From: Rikenellaceae bacterium DTU001
Lineage (GTDB): Bacteria > Bacteroidota > Bacteroidia > Bacteroidales > DTU049
Direction of reading: 5' to 3'
Length of the DNA stretch: 64,000 nt
Assembly (NCBI GenBank): GCA_001512885.1
Contig: LFSZ01000043.1
Location: 2,314-66,313 of the forward strand
The notes under the pieces are model-generated. The model had not been told where the DNA came from and made no database searches. It saw only the letters and a program-made list of their open reading frames with translations. The translations under genes were made by a program, and so were the position numbers. Of the stretch, positions 27,686 through 38,620 are shown piece by piece. Each line of letters begins with the position of its first letter. The first letter of the stretch is position 1.

Positions 27686-30075
27686 TTTTTATTTTTTTTG
27701 GTTTTATGATTTTCTATGATAAATTTTATTTCATCATCGGTGATAGTATTTATATCTGTCCCTTTAGGTATAGGTATATTGCCATCATCAGTTTTAATAT
27801 AAGGTCCATAACGACCTATCAATAATTGTATCAATGGTTTTTCAGAAATAGTTTTAATAAGTCCAGTAGGTTGTTTGATTATTTCGATGGCTTCATCGAG
27901 TGTAAACTCTGTCAAAGGTTTATCTAGTTTTTTGATAGAATAAAATTTATCCTTATACAAAACATACGGACCATATCTACCGATGTTTACTACCACTTTA
28001 CTACCTTGATAATCGCCGAGCTCTTTAGGTAGTTCAAAAAACTTCAAAGCTTCTTCCAACGTTATTTTATTGAAATCAATATTTTGTCTCTTATTTATAG
28101 AAACATATGAAGGTTTTTCGTTATCAGTATAATCGCCTAGTTGCAATGCCATACCATGCTTAGTATAAGTAATGTAAACATTTTTATTAGTTTTAGGATC
28201 CACTCCTAATAATCGAGAAATATGTTGTTTGCTAGAAGTTTCTATAGCTTCTAATACTTTGGGATGAAAATCTTTGTAAAAATCTCTAAGCATATCTTGC
28301 CATTCTTCTTGACCGAGGGCAATTTTATCAAAGCGTTCTTCTATTTCAGCAGTGAAATTATAATCCATGATATCAGGGAAATGTTTCATTAAAAAATCTG
28401 TAACTACCTTACCAAGCTCTGTAGAGATTAATTTTTGCTTTTCACCACCATATTTTTCTTTCTTTTCTGTATCTTTTATTTTTTTAGAATTATCTAAAGT
28501 ATAAATTTTTATATTTCTCTCCTTAGCAGGGATGCTCCTTTTATCTACATAATCTCTTTGCTGAATAGTAGTGATGATAGTAGCGTAAGTAGATGGACGA
28601 CCTATGCCTAACTCTTCTAATTTTTTAACTAGTGCAGCTTCATTGTAATGATAAGGAGGATTGGTAAATGATTGCTTGGCAGTTATATCTTTAAAGTCCA
28701 ATCTATCATCAATTTTAAATTTAGAAATATCTATTGCAGAGGTGATTTCCTTTACATCATCATCATCATCTTTTTCTTGATAAATTTTTAAATAACCATC
28801 AAAAACTAAAGATTCGCTTTTAGCTAAGAAGAGATGTTTATTCTGGTCAGATGCAATAGAAATGGTAGCTCTTATAAATTCTGCATCAGACATTTGTGAA
28901 GCTATGGTGCGTCGCCAGATAAGCTCATAGAGTCTTTTCATTTGTTGTGTGGCCTCTATAGTAGATTTAGATAAATCTGTAGGTCGTATAGCTTCGTGAG
29001 CTTCTTGAGCACCCTTTACTTTATTTTTGTATTGCCTACGTTTATAATATTTTTCGCCATAATTTTTAGTAATAAACTCTTTAGCAGCATTCAGAGCTAA
29101 ATTACTAAGAGTCACACTATCTGTTCTCATATATGTGATCAATCCAGCTTCATATAATTGCTGAGCGATGTTCATTGTTTGTGAAACGCTAAATCTTAGC
29201 TGTTTAGCTGCCTCCTGTTGTAGAGTAGAAGTGATAAATGGCGGTGGTGGAGTACGCTTAGCAGGATGCTGCTTTATATCTTTGATAGTAAATATTGCAT
29301 TTTTAGATTTTTCTAAAAAATTTAAAGCATCTTTTTCTTTTTTAAATTCATGATTTAACTCTGCTGAGAGTAAAATATCTGGTTTTTCTAATAAGAAAAA
29401 ATTTCCAGAAATTTTATATGATTCTTCGGCAACGAATCTTTCAATTTCTCTATCCCTTTCGACTATCAGACTCAATCCGACAGACTGCACTCTACCAGCA
29501 GAAAGATTTTTAGCTATTTTTCTCCATAAAACAGGTGATAATTCATAACCAACTAGACGATCTAAAATACGACGAGCCTGTTGAGCATTTACAAGATTAT
29601 AATCTATACCTCGTGGATTTTTAATAGCCTCTTCGATAGCAGATTTTGTAATTTCATGAAAAGTAATCCTTTTTAATTTATCTTCAGGTATTTCTAATGC
29701 TTCGGCTAGATGCCAGCTAATAGCCTCTCCTTCTCTATCTTCATCTGTAGCCAACCATACCAATTCACTTTGATTGCTAGCAGCACTTAATTGATTTATA
29801 ACTTTCTCTTTGCCTTTTATAATCACATATTTAGGTTCGAAATTTTTCTCTACATCTACACCTAACTCACCTTTTGGCAAATCGCGTATATGCCCAAAAC
29901 TTGATAATACTGTAAAATCGCTTCCTAAATATTTTTCGATAGTTTTGGCTTTAGCCGGAGACTCTACTATTACTAAATTTTTACCTTTTAATGTATAGGT
30001 ACTACTTTTATTTGTTGTTTTTTTACTTGTACTAGATTTTTTTTCTTTTTTTTCTTCTTTACTTTGTTTAGCCAC
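27682..30075 (-). CDS. topA: DNA topoisomerase I
   Basis: Toprim block LVIVESPAKAKTIEKYLG and DEDREGEAISWH, active-site region GLITYMRTDS, and C-terminal repeats GRYGPY. 797 aa. Confidence 0.95.
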   Translation of the reverse strand: MAKQSKEEKKEKKSSTSKKTTNKSSTYTLKGKNLVIVESPAKAKTIEKYLGSDFTVLSSFGHIRDLPKGELGVDVEKNFEPKYVIIKGKEKVINQLSAASNQSELVWLATDEDREGEAISWHLAEALEIPEDKLKRITFHEITKSAIEEAIKNPRGIDYNLVNAQQARRILDRLVGYELSPVLWRKIAKNLSAGRVQSVGLSLIVERDREIERFVAEESYKISGNFFLLEKPDILLSAELNHEFKKEKDALNFLEKSKNAIFTIKDIKQHPAKRTPPPPFITSTLQQEAAKQLRFSVSQTMNIAQQLYEAGLITYMRTDSVTLSNLALNAAKEFITKNYGEKYYKRRQYKNKVKGAQEAHEAIRPTDLSKSTIEATQQMKRLYELIWRRTIASQMSDAEFIRATISIASDQNKHLFLAKSESLVFDGYLKIYQEKDDDDDVKEITSAIDISKFKIDDRLDFKDITAKQSFTNPPYHYNEAALVKKLEELGIGRPSTYATIITTIQQRDYVDKRSIPAKERNIKIYTLDNSKKIKDTEKKEKYGGEKQKLISTELGKVVTDFLMKHFPDIMDYNFTAEIEERFDKIALGQEEWQDMLRDFYKDFHPKVLEAIETSSKQHISRLLGVDPKTNKNVYITYTKHGMALQLGDYTDNEKPSYVSINKRQNIDFNKITLEEALKFFELPKELGDYQGSKVVVNIGRYGPYVLYKDKFYSIKKLDKPLTEFTLDEAIEIIKQPTGLIKTISEKPLIQLLIGRYGPYIKTDDGNIPIPKGTDINTITDDEIKFIIENHKTKKNKK

Positions 30076-30098
30076 AATATTTCCTTTTTTTTATTGTG

Positions 30099-30106
30099 CA
30101 AAAATA
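30099..30106 (-). promoter_or_regulatory. Bacteroidota-type -7 box (TATTTTTG on minus strand) upstream of topA
   Basis: The plus strand reads CAAAAATA, with 23 nt between the box and the topA start at 30075. Confidence 0.35.
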
Positions 30107-30353
30107 TATAAAAATAATTTTATTGTATTTTGGTAAATCATTTTTTCAAATATAAAAATAATCTACCGGTAATATCTATGTTGTCGTATAAATCTATAAA
30201 AACGGGAATACTTATTAAACAATTAAATGATAGTGAACTTTAGCTTTGCAAAATAAGATACATTCTTAACTAATCCTTAAATCCAGAAAATCAAAGTTTA
30301 AAACAAAAAAATTGTATATTAATGATTATATGCAATTACTAATCATAAAAAAA

Positions 30354-31688
30354 TTAATATTTCTTGAGCCAATTCCACAGTTCTTTATATGAAGGTTTTT
30401 TGCCATAGGTAAGTATGCCAATTCTATATATTTTAGAGGAAATATATGCTGATAGTATAAAAGTAAGCACTAAGATAGCCATAGATGTTATAATAAGCCA
30501 TAATGGTGGATTAAAAGGTATGAGTCCAATCATTATCACAGGAGAAGTAAAAGGAAAAAGGCTGAAAAAGATAGAAACTCCGCCCGTAGGGTTGTTAAAT
30601 ATAGGTTGCAAACAAATGATAGCTAAGATTAGTGGTATTGTGATCGGTAGCATAAATTGATTAGTATCATCTTGATTATCTACTGCTGCACCTATAGCAG
30701 CAAAAAGCGTTGCATAAATCAGATAACCAAAGATAAAATAAAATAAAAACAATAAAAGATATAATGGAATATTTATATTAGCTAAAGCTAAAAGTGCATT
30801 ATTAGAAGGACTTTCTTGTAATTTGGCAGCATTTGCTATTTGTTGAGCCTCTGATTGTGTAAGTCCTTTAGTTTGTATATTTACGATTTCTGGCTCGGTA
30901 TATTTAAAAAGTTGAGGAAAAGCTTGCTGTACTCCGAAAATGATTAACACTGTTAGCAAGATCCACGTAACAAATTGTGTAAGACCTACTAACAAAACTG
31001 CTATTACTTTGCCGATCATTAGATGAATAGACTTCACAGAGCTGATAATGATCTCTACAATTCTATTAAGCTTCTCTTCCATTACTGAACGCAATACCAT
31101 AGAGCCATACATAAATACAAAGAAATATATTATTAATGCCATTACAAAGCCCAAAATTGTAGCTACAGTACTAGAAGCTACTTTTTCTACTCCCCCTTTA
31201 TAAGTATAATTATTTACTTTTACGTCTGCATTTATTTGCTCGAGGATTTGATTATTGATACCATATAAGGCTAATCTATGTTTTTCTAATTCACTTTTAA
31301 GTACTGATTCTATATTATTTATTACAGATTGATTTATAGCATTTTTAGACCATATACGTGGTGTCTGTGGTGAGTTAATAAATGAGATAGGAATATAAAG
31401 TATAGCATCATATTTGTCTTCATCTAATAACTTTTTAGCACTGTCTACAGGCAGATATAACAAAGTGTATCTAGCTAGAGCATTAGTCTCGAGCCCCTTG
31501 TATATAAAACCTGTTTCATCTATCACACCCACTGATATTTGAGCTTCATTAATGTGAGAAATATATATAGGTATAACAAATATGCTAGCTAATATTATGG
31601 GCCCAAGTAATGTAATTACAATAAAGCTAGTTTTCTTTACTATATTTAGATATTCTCTTTTAATTATTATAGGTAATTTGCTCTTCAT
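30354..31688 (-). CDS. ABC-2 family transporter permease (NatB-like)
   Basis: 444 aa. An N-terminal TM helix, a large extracytoplasmic domain, then about five C-terminal TM helices. It overlaps the upstream ATPase gene by 29 nt. Confidence 0.75.
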   Translation of the reverse strand: MKSKLPIIIKREYLNIVKKTSFIVITLLGPIILASIFVIPIYISHINEAQISVGVIDETGFIYKGLETNALARYTLLYLPVDSAKKLLDEDKYDAILYIPISFINSPQTPRIWSKNAINQSVINNIESVLKSELEKHRLALYGINNQILEQINADVKVNNYTYKGGVEKVASSTVATILGFVMALIIYFFVFMYGSMVLRSVMEEKLNRIVEIIISSVKSIHLMIGKVIAVLLVGLTQFVTWILLTVLIIFGVQQAFPQLFKYTEPEIVNIQTKGLTQSEAQQIANAAKLQESPSNNALLALANINIPLYLLLFLFYFIFGYLIYATLFAAIGAAVDNQDDTNQFMLPITIPLILAIICLQPIFNNPTGGVSIFFSLFPFTSPVIMIGLIPFNPPLWLIITSMAILVLTFILSAYISSKIYRIGILTYGKKPSYKELWNWLKKY

Positions 31689-32634
31689 GATCGTAGATTT
31701 CTTCTTTTTGTTGTACTACAGTTACAAATATATCATGCATACTAGGTAGCTGTTCTCTAAAAGAGATGATCTCTCCTAGTTCTATTACTAATAGTAATAT
31801 TTCATTAGATTTTATTGGCAAGTTAGATGTGATAGATATAGTGTTTTTGTCATTATTATTTTTATTAACTCTATTGATAGTAAAATGAGGATGATTTTTT
31901 TGCCAGTTTTCTATTTTTTTATCATCTATTGGGTGAGCAAAAGTGACTTCAAAATGATTTTTACTAAATTTCCGTTTTATTTCATCTACTTCTCCGTAGA
32001 GTATAAGCTTAGACCTATCTATCAATACTATCTCATCGCAAAGCTCTTCTACAGACTCCATATTATGAGTAGAGAGTAAAATGGTAGCTCCTTTATTTTT
32101 TAATTCTATGATTTCATTTTTTAATATATCTACATTAATAGGATCGAAACCACTAAAAGGTTCATCAAAGATCATAAGTCGCGGAGAATGAATCACAGTA
32201 ATGATAAATTGTACTTTTTGTTGCATCCCTTTAGATAATTCCTCTACTTTGCGTCCAAGCCAAGATTTTATTTCAAGCTTTTCGAACCAATAATTAATCC
32301 TTTCTCTGGCTTGCTTCTGAGATAATCCTTTTAGCTGTGAAAGATATAGTACCTGATCGCCAACGGACATTTTTTTATACAAGCCTCGCTCCTCTGGTAG
32401 ATAACCAATCTGCTCCATATGCTTATCTGTCAGTGGCTCATCGAAAAGTAATATTTCTCCATTGTCAGGTGGTATGATATTATTGATTATTCTCAAAAGT
32501 GTTGTTTTGCCAGCACCATTTGGACCTAAAATACCAAAAATACTTCCCGTAGGTACTTCAAAGCTAACATTATCTAAAGCTGTATGTTCTCTATATCGCT
32601 TAGTTATATTAGAAACTACTATAGCATTATTCAT
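31660..32634 (-). CDS. ABC transporter ATP-binding protein
   Basis: Walker A GPNGAGKTT, signature LSKGMQQKV and Walker B LMIFDEP. Confidence 0.9.
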   Translation of the reverse strand: MNNAIVVSNITKRYREHTALDNVSFEVPTGSIFGILGPNGAGKTTLLRIINNIIPPDNGEILLFDEPLTDKHMEQIGYLPEERGLYKKMSVGDQVLYLSQLKGLSQKQARERINYWFEKLEIKSWLGRKVEELSKGMQQKVQFIITVIHSPRLMIFDEPFSGFDPINVDILKNEIIELKNKGATILLSTHNMESVEELCDEIVLIDRSKLILYGEVDEIKRKFSKNHFEVTFAHPIDDKKIENWQKNHPHFTINRVNKNNNDKNTISITSNLPIKSNEILLLVIELGEIISFREQLPSMHDIFVTVVQQKEEIYDHEEQITYNN

Positions 32635-32734
32635 AATTATTAAAAGATAAATAAATTAAATGCAAAATTAATAAAAATGAGAAAATTAACAATGATTGTA
32701 ATAAAATATTTTTTTAATAAAAATTAGTTTGCTT

Positions 32735-33583
32735 TCAATACGCCATAGCTTCTAATTTCTCAATTCTTTTTTCAATCGGAGGGTGGGTTGATAATAAAGC
32801 TGCTAATCCTCCTTTTTTGAATGGATTAATAATGAGCATATGAGTAGCTGCAGGATTAATTTCATTTTCTGTAACAGGTTTCATTTTAGCATAAGCATCC
32901 ATTTTTCGTAAAGCATTAGCTAGATATAAAGGATTACGAGCAAGCTTAGCACCTTTTTCATCAGCTACATATTCACGAGTACGTGAAATAGCTAATTGAA
33001 TTATCATAGCTAAAATAGGAGTAATTATTATCATAATGAGAGTAGCTAATAAATTGCCGATTCCACCACCTTTATTATCACCACCAAAGATATTTGCAAA
33101 ATAAGCAACACGAGCTAACATAGCTATAGCACTAGCTATCACTGCTGCTAATGAAGAAATCAGGATATCTCTATTAGCAATATGAGCAATTTCATGAGCT
33201 AATACTCCTTTTATCTCATTTTGATCTAATATTTCTAATAATCCTTTGGTTACTGCGACAGCACTATGTTTAGGACTACGACCTGTAGCAAAAGCATTGG
33301 GTACTTCTATGTTTGAAATATATACTCTAGGCTTTGGGATGCCAGCCTCAGTAGCCAATTCTTCCACTATTCTATGAAGTTGAGGTGCTTCGGATTCTGA
33401 AACTTCTTTAGCTCTAAACATCGATAGTGCTATTTTGTCAGAATAAAAAAAGGAGATCCCATTCATCAATAAAGCGATAAAAAATGCTATAAACATTCCA
33501 CTCTCACCACCTATTAGATATCCTACACCCATAAATAGTGCAAACATTAATCCTAATAAAAATGCAGTTCTGACTTTATTCAT
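32735..33583 (-). CDS. htpX: M48-family zinc metalloprotease HtpX
   Basis: HEIAHI zinc motif, four TM segments and a C-terminal STHPP. Confidence 0.9.
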   Translation of the reverse strand: MNKVRTAFLLGLMFALFMGVGYLIGGESGMFIAFFIALLMNGISFFYSDKIALSMFRAKEVSESEAPQLHRIVEELATEAGIPKPRVYISNIEVPNAFATGRSPKHSAVAVTKGLLEILDQNEIKGVLAHEIAHIANRDILISSLAAVIASAIAMLARVAYFANIFGGDNKGGGIGNLLATLIMIIITPILAMIIQLAISRTREYVADEKGAKLARNPLYLANALRKMDAYAKMKPVTENEINPAATHMLIINPFKKGGLAALLSTHPPIEKRIEKLEAMAY

Positions 33584-33660
33584 AATTACTTTAATTTTTT
33601 ATTTTTGCTCAAAATATATGCCAAATATTATTATTAAAATATTTTTTAAATAATTACAAT

Positions 33661-34956
33661 TCATTTCGAAATACTAAAAACATGTAAAAGTCTAAAATAT
33701 CTATCACTCTCTTCTCTATAATAAATCAAGCCTTGATACTCATTTTCTGTTTCAGAATGATTGCCTTCGAAATATGAAATATTTAATATATCTGTTTGAT
33801 TTGGCACTAATGCATAAGCATAATTATAATAACCTTGCTTTAGTAATAAACAAAGTTCGTATTGTTTAGCTTCATAGTTATATTGCATTCTATATCTTGG
33901 AATAATTTCATAATTAGTAAAATCTCCTATTAGATAGACGGCTCCCTCAGTAATAGGTTCACTTTTGATAGCAAAATGCACATAATAGTATTCACTTTCT
34001 GTATTTATATTACTGTATAAATCATTAGAAATAAAAAATCTACCATTTAAATCTGGTTGTCTAAGATATTGAGTATATCGCCGTGATATATCTGGCACCA
34101 AATATACATGTACAGTCTCGCTGTCGTGCATGATTCCGGCTAAATTGCCAGTTTGGTATGATATGCTTCTAATATCAAAATATCTAAATTCGTTATTCCC
34201 ATCAAAAGTTGTAAAATTTTTTGCAGATTCATCGAAATAAACAATATTATCTTTCATATAAGTAGGTTTTATATTGCAATGAGCATCTATCCATCTACCG
34301 TTTTGGAGTAAACACACATATAAGCGTTCATAAATATTATTGAATACTATATTATTGCTGGTAAAGCTAAAGAGCACTTGTTGACGATAAAATCTTTCAG
34401 TTACATCACTAGCAAATATTACATGAGCATTTACTAAAAGTGCTTGCTCACTTACGACAAATCTTTTACTAAAAGCTTTACTATATTTATTATTTTCTTT
34501 GTCATGGTAATAAACTGTTAGTAAATAATTTCCACTCCTTTTAAATTTGATATCTTCATTAGGAAAATAATAATAATAATTTATATATGATATTAGTGTA
34601 TTGCGAGAAAAACTATAATCAAATATAGGATTTTCATTAAAACCTTCAATAAAATCAGTGATAGGCTCATCTAAGATTTGCCATTCTGGCGAGCAAGGAC
34701 TAAAAACTACATAAAGATCATATACTTCATCTACTAACATATCAAATGATAATTGCAATGCATTGCCTTTAGCTAAATCTATCACAGGAAATTTGAATTC
34801 CCACGAAGTATCTAATAATAATATGGTAGCAAATCTCTCATCATAAACTCCGTCAAACGTATTTTCTATATCATATATATAATAATCATATTGGGCAAAC
34901 AAATACAATGGTAAAAAGAAAATAAAAATAGACTTAATAATTTTTTTATTTAACAT
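33661..34956 (-). CDS. DUF5103-like protein (T9SS plug-protein family)
   Basis: Signal peptide, and a Tyr/Asn-rich beta protein. The block LQLSFDMLVDEVYDLYVVFSPCSPEW resembles the conserved SFD...Y.Y...HC..DW segment of that family. This is from memory and was not searched. Confidence 0.45.
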   Translation of the reverse strand: MLNKKIIKSIFIFFLPLYLFAQYDYYIYDIENTFDGVYDERFATILLLDTSWEFKFPVIDLAKGNALQLSFDMLVDEVYDLYVVFSPCSPEWQILDEPITDFIEGFNENPIFDYSFSRNTLISYINYYYYFPNEDIKFKRSGNYLLTVYYHDKENNKYSKAFSKRFVVSEQALLVNAHVIFASDVTERFYRQQVLFSFTSNNIVFNNIYERLYVCLLQNGRWIDAHCNIKPTYMKDNIVYFDESAKNFTTFDGNNEFRYFDIRSISYQTGNLAGIMHDSETVHVYLVPDISRRYTQYLRQPDLNGRFFISNDLYSNINTESEYYYVHFAIKSEPITEGAVYLIGDFTNYEIIPRYRMQYNYEAKQYELCLLLKQGYYNYAYALVPNQTDILNISYFEGNHSETENEYQGLIYYREESDRYFRLLHVFSISK

Positions 34957-35034
34957 TTTTTTAATTTTTTCAAAATTAAAAATTAAACTTTAAAATAAGA
35001 AAAATAATATATTTGCAATAGTTGCAATTTTATT

Positions 35035-35042
35035 TAATTTTG
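35035..35042 (+). promoter_or_regulatory. Bacteroidota-type -7 box (TAATTTTG) upstream of ABC-2 permease gene
   Basis: Matches TAnnTTTG, with 19 nt between the box and the ATG at 35062. Confidence 0.4.
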
Positions 35043-35061
35043 CAAATATATTATTATTTAG

Positions 35062-35883
35062 ATGGAGATAGAGATAAAGCCACCTGGTAAATGGAGTTTT
35101 TTTGATGTTAAAGAGCTTGCTTTTTATAAAGACACTCTTTATTTTTTAGCATGGAAAGATATCAAAATAAAATATAAACAAGCAGTTTTAGGCTTTTTAT
35201 GGGCTTTTATCCAGCCCATAGCTATGACTGCTGTATTTGTGATTTTTAATTTAGCTATTAATGTTACATTAGGCGATGTCAATATACCATATCCATTATT
35301 TGTACTCTCAGGGGTGATGCTATGGAATCTTTTCGGTAATGCAGTAACAACTACTTCTAATAGTGTTGTAAGCAATGCTAATATTCTAAAAAAAATATAT
35401 TTTCCTAGAATTTTTTTCCCAATGAGTTCTCTATTGGTCAATCTTTTTGATTTTTTCATTACATTATTGATTTATATTCCAGTGATGGTGTATTTTAAAG
35501 TTTACCCCAATTGGGATATTATATACATTTTGCCTATTTGTGTATTATTAGTTTCTATATTAGTATTAGGAATAGGTTCATTTTTTGGTGCATTAAATGT
35601 GAAATATAGAGATGTCAAGTATGTAATTCCTTTTATTATCCAACTTTTATTTTTTATTTCTCCAGTATTTTATTCTAATAATCAAATAGCTATACCATGG
35701 TTGAAATCTGCTTATTACTTAAACCCAATGACTGGTGTCATCGAATTATTTAGGTATGGCCTTTTTGGTACACAAATAAATCAATTCGGATTATCGATAA
35801 GTATTATAATATCATTTGTCTGTCTAATAGTTGGCTTATATTATTTCAGAAAGACAGAATATTTCTTTGCAGATATATCATAG
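35062..35883 (+). CDS. ABC-2 type polysaccharide/polyol-phosphate export permease (Wzm/TagG-like)
   Basis: The N-terminal block LAWKDIKIKYKQAVLGFLWAFIQP and six TM helices are typical of Wzm/KpsM/TagG. No ATPase partner lies adjacent. Confidence 0.75.
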   Translation: MEIEIKPPGKWSFFDVKELAFYKDTLYFLAWKDIKIKYKQAVLGFLWAFIQPIAMTAVFVIFNLAINVTLGDVNIPYPLFVLSGVMLWNLFGNAVTTTSNSVVSNANILKKIYFPRIFFPMSSLLVNLFDFFITLLIYIPVMVYFKVYPNWDIIYILPICVLLVSILVLGIGSFFGALNVKYRDVKYVIPFIIQLLFFISPVFYSNNQIAIPWLKSAYYLNPMTGVIELFRYGLFGTQINQFGLSISIIISFVCLIVGLYYFRKTEYFFADIS

Positions 35884-36064
35884 ATAGTAAATACTAGTTT
35901 TTATTTTAATCACAAATATTCTTTACTTTTTAATAAATTAAAATTTATGAGATATGAAAGTATATTACATGTTTAAAAAAAAATAATATAAAAATTCAAA
36001 AAAGATTACTCTATATTTTTTATTAAAATACAAATTAAAATTTTTTTTATTTAAAAAAAATTAA

Positions 36065-36072
36065 TAATTTTG
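36065..36072 (+). promoter_or_regulatory. Bacteroidota-type -7 box (TAATTTTG) upstream of rplU
   Basis: Matches TAnnTTTG, with 19 nt between the box and the ATG at 36092. Confidence 0.4.
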
Positions 36073-36091
36073 CAATTCAAAATTCAATATA

Positions 36092-36403
36092 ATGTTTGCA
36101 ATAGTAGAATTAGGGGGTAAACAGTTTAAAATAACTGAAGGCAAAAAGCTATATATCGACAGATTAAATGCTGAACTAGAAAGCATTTTAGAAGTAGACA
36201 AAGTTTACTTAATAGCAAATGATGAAGGTGTGAAAGTAGGCAAACCAATAGTAGAAGGTGCTAAAGTTACTATTAAAGTTTTAGAGCATTTAAAAGGACC
36301 AAAAGTAACAGTTTTTAAAAAGAAACGTCGTAAGGGTTACAGAGTGAAAAAAGGTTTTCGTCCTTATTTAACTAAAGTTGAAGTTTTAAATATTAAAGCA
36401 TAA
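36092..36403 (+). CDS. rplU: 50S ribosomal protein L21
   Basis: [14 protein letters not shown] ... [15 protein letters not shown]. Confidence 0.95.
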   Translation: MFAIVELGGKQFKITEGKKLYIDRLNAELESILEVDKVYLIANDEGVKVGKPIVEGAKVTIKVLEHLKGPKVTVFKKKRRKGYRVKKGFRPYLTKVEVLNIKA

Positions 36404-36419
36404 AAAAAGGAAATTATAT

Positions 36420-36674
36420 ATGGCACATAAAAAAGGTGTAGGAAGTTCTCGCAATGGTAGAGAATCCGAAAGTAAACGATTAGGGGTTAAAAAATTTGGT
36501 GGCCAGTATGTAAAAGCTGGTAATATTATAGTTCGTCAACGTGGTACTAAACATTATCCAGGTGAAAATGTAGGCATCGGCAGAGATCATACTTTGTATG
36601 CTTTGAAAGATGGTATAGTAGAATTCAAAAAGACACGTGGAAATAAATCCTATGTTTCTATAAAAGTAAATTAA
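36420..36674 (+). CDS. rpmA: 50S ribosomal protein L27
   Basis: [24 protein letters not shown] ... IIVRQRGTK. Confidence 0.95.
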   Translation: MAHKKGVGSSRNGRESESKRLGVKKFGGQYVKAGNIIVRQRGTKHYPGENVGIGRDHTLYALKDGIVEFKKTRGNKSYVSIKVN

Positions 36675-36678
36675 TTGT

Positions 36679-37425
36679 TTATTCTAATGCTTCTATAAGT
36701 TCATCTGATAATTCTAAATTGTGGTATACCTCTTGCACATCATCGTCATCTTCGAGTAAATCTATTAATTTTAGTATTTTTAAAGCTTGTTCTTTTTCTA
36801 ATTTAATATAATTATTTGGTATACGTTCTAATTTAGATGATTCTGCTTCTATAGATAATCTTTCAAGTGCTTTTTGAATGTTACCAAAATTTTCACGAGC
36901 TGAATATATGATTACAAAATCATCTTCTTCTATTATATCATCAGCTCCAGCATCGATAATTTCAAGCATAAAATCATCGAAATTTTTTATTTGATCACGT
37001 TTGATGCTAAAGACACCTTTTTGATCAAATATAAAATTTAGTGATCCCGTTGTAGTAAGATTGCCCCCATGTTTATTGAAATAACTTCTAATATTAGATA
37101 TAGTTCTTTGTTGATTATCAGTAGCACATTCTACTATTATAGCCACACCATGAGGAGCATATCCTTCATAGACAAGCTCTACATAACTAGCAGAATCTTT
37201 TTCGATAGCTTTATTTATAGCCCTTTGTATATTATCCTTAGGCATGTTTACCCCTCTAGCATTAGAAATGGCTAATCTGAGCCTAGGATTAGAATCTGGG
37301 TCGGGGCCACCTTCTCTGACAGCTATTGTTATATCTTTAATGATTTTAGTAAACATTTTAGAGCGTTTAGCATCATTTGCTTCTTTTTTCCTTTTTATTG
37401 TTGACCACTTACTATGACCTGACAT
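36679..37425 (-). CDS. YebC/PmpR-family DNA-binding transcriptional regulator
   Basis: MSGHSKWSTIKRKKEANDAKRSK ... NPRLRLAI. 248 aa. Confidence 0.9.
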   Translation of the reverse strand: MSGHSKWSTIKRKKEANDAKRSKMFTKIIKDITIAVREGGPDPDSNPRLRLAISNARGVNMPKDNIQRAINKAIEKDSASYVELVYEGYAPHGVAIIVECATDNQQRTISNIRSYFNKHGGNLTTTGSLNFIFDQKGVFSIKRDQIKNFDDFMLEIIDAGADDIIEEDDFVIIYSARENFGNIQKALERLSIEAESSKLERIPNNYIKLEKEQALKILKLIDLLEDDDDVQEVYHNLELSDELIEALE

Positions 37426-37492
37426 ATTATATTATTTTTACAAATTTACAAAAAAATATAATTATTTAAAACAATATTTTTTTTTTATTTTA

Positions 37493-38533
37493 TTATTCCT
37501 CTTTTTTGAAACTATCCCATCCCTGTGCTTTCAGTTCTATAGCTTCGCCGATATTATTTATTAGATACATGCCTTCGTTTGCATCTGTGATATGGCCGAT
37601 TACTGAAATATCATCTATGTTTTTTATGAGATCATATTGATTTAGTGGAATTGTAAATAACAATTCATAGTCTTCTCCACCATGCAATGCCATAGTAATG
37701 GGAGAAATATAAAACTCATCAGCTATATTAGATACCATCATATCTATTGGGATATGATCTTCGTATATTCTGCAGCCAGTATTACTCTGCCTGCATATAT
37801 GATGTAGCTCACTGGATAGACCATCACTGATATCTATCATAGCTGTGGGCAGTATATTTAATTCTCGTAGTTTATTAATAATATCTATGCGAGGTTCTGG
37901 TTTTATTTGTTTCTCTATCACATATTCATAATTTTGTAAATCGGGTTGATAATAAGGATTAGCCATAAAAGTTTTTTTCTCTCTCTGCAATATAAGTAAC
38001 CCGGCATAAGCAGTACCTAAATCACCGGTAACACAAATCAAATCATTAGGTTTGGCTCCATTACGATATACAAGATTTTCTTTATTTATATAACCCATTG
38101 CAGTAATAGAGATTATAAGTCCTTGATTAGATGACACCATATCTCCGCCTATTATATCTATTTTGTAATTTTCGCAAGCTAATCTAATTCCTTCATATAA
38201 TTCATCTATAGCCTCCAGAGTAAATCTATTAGATATCGCTAGGGTTACTGTTACATGAGCTGGTATAGCATTCATAGCTACTACATCACTTACATTTACT
38301 ACTATAGATTTGTATCCCAAATGTTTCAAAGGCATCCAACTGAGATCGAAATGTATATTCTCTACTAACATATCAGTAGTTACTACTTGTACTAAGTCTA
38401 TATCTGGTTTAATGACTGCTGCATCATCACCTATACCTTTGATTACTTTATCTTTGTTATAAATATTTATTAATTTGGCTAATCTCTCTAACAGTGCAAA
38501 TTCACCAATATTATTTAACGGAGTTAATGACAT
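37493..38533 (-). CDS. thiL: Thiamine-monophosphate kinase
   Basis: AIR-synthase-like fold with GIGDDAAVI, TTDMLVENIHF and GGDM. Confidence 0.85.
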   Translation of the reverse strand: MSLTPLNNIGEFALLERLAKLINIYNKDKVIKGIGDDAAVIKPDIDLVQVVTTDMLVENIHFDLSWMPLKHLGYKSIVVNVSDVVAMNAIPAHVTVTLAISNRFTLEAIDELYEGIRLACENYKIDIIGGDMVSSNQGLIISITAMGYINKENLVYRNGAKPNDLICVTGDLGTAYAGLLILQREKKTFMANPYYQPDLQNYEYVIEKQIKPEPRIDIINKLRELNILPTAMIDISDGLSSELHHICRQSNTGCRIYEDHIPIDMMVSNIADEFYISPITMALHGGEDYELLFTIPLNQYDLIKNIDDISVIGHITDANEGMYLINNIGEAIELKAQGWDSFKKEE

Positions 38534-38620
38534 ATAAGCAATTTATTAATAATTTTTAAAAAACTACAAAATAAATAATAAAATATCAATAATAAAATTT
38601 TATAAATATCATTAAACCAA

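Noticed and set aside
30241-30248. A plus-strand TAGCTTTG promoter-like box in the topA upstream spacer, suggesting a possible sRNA.
   Set aside because: There is no downstream plus-strand gene, terminator or conserved structure that I could see. A single 8-mer match in AT-rich DNA is expected by chance.
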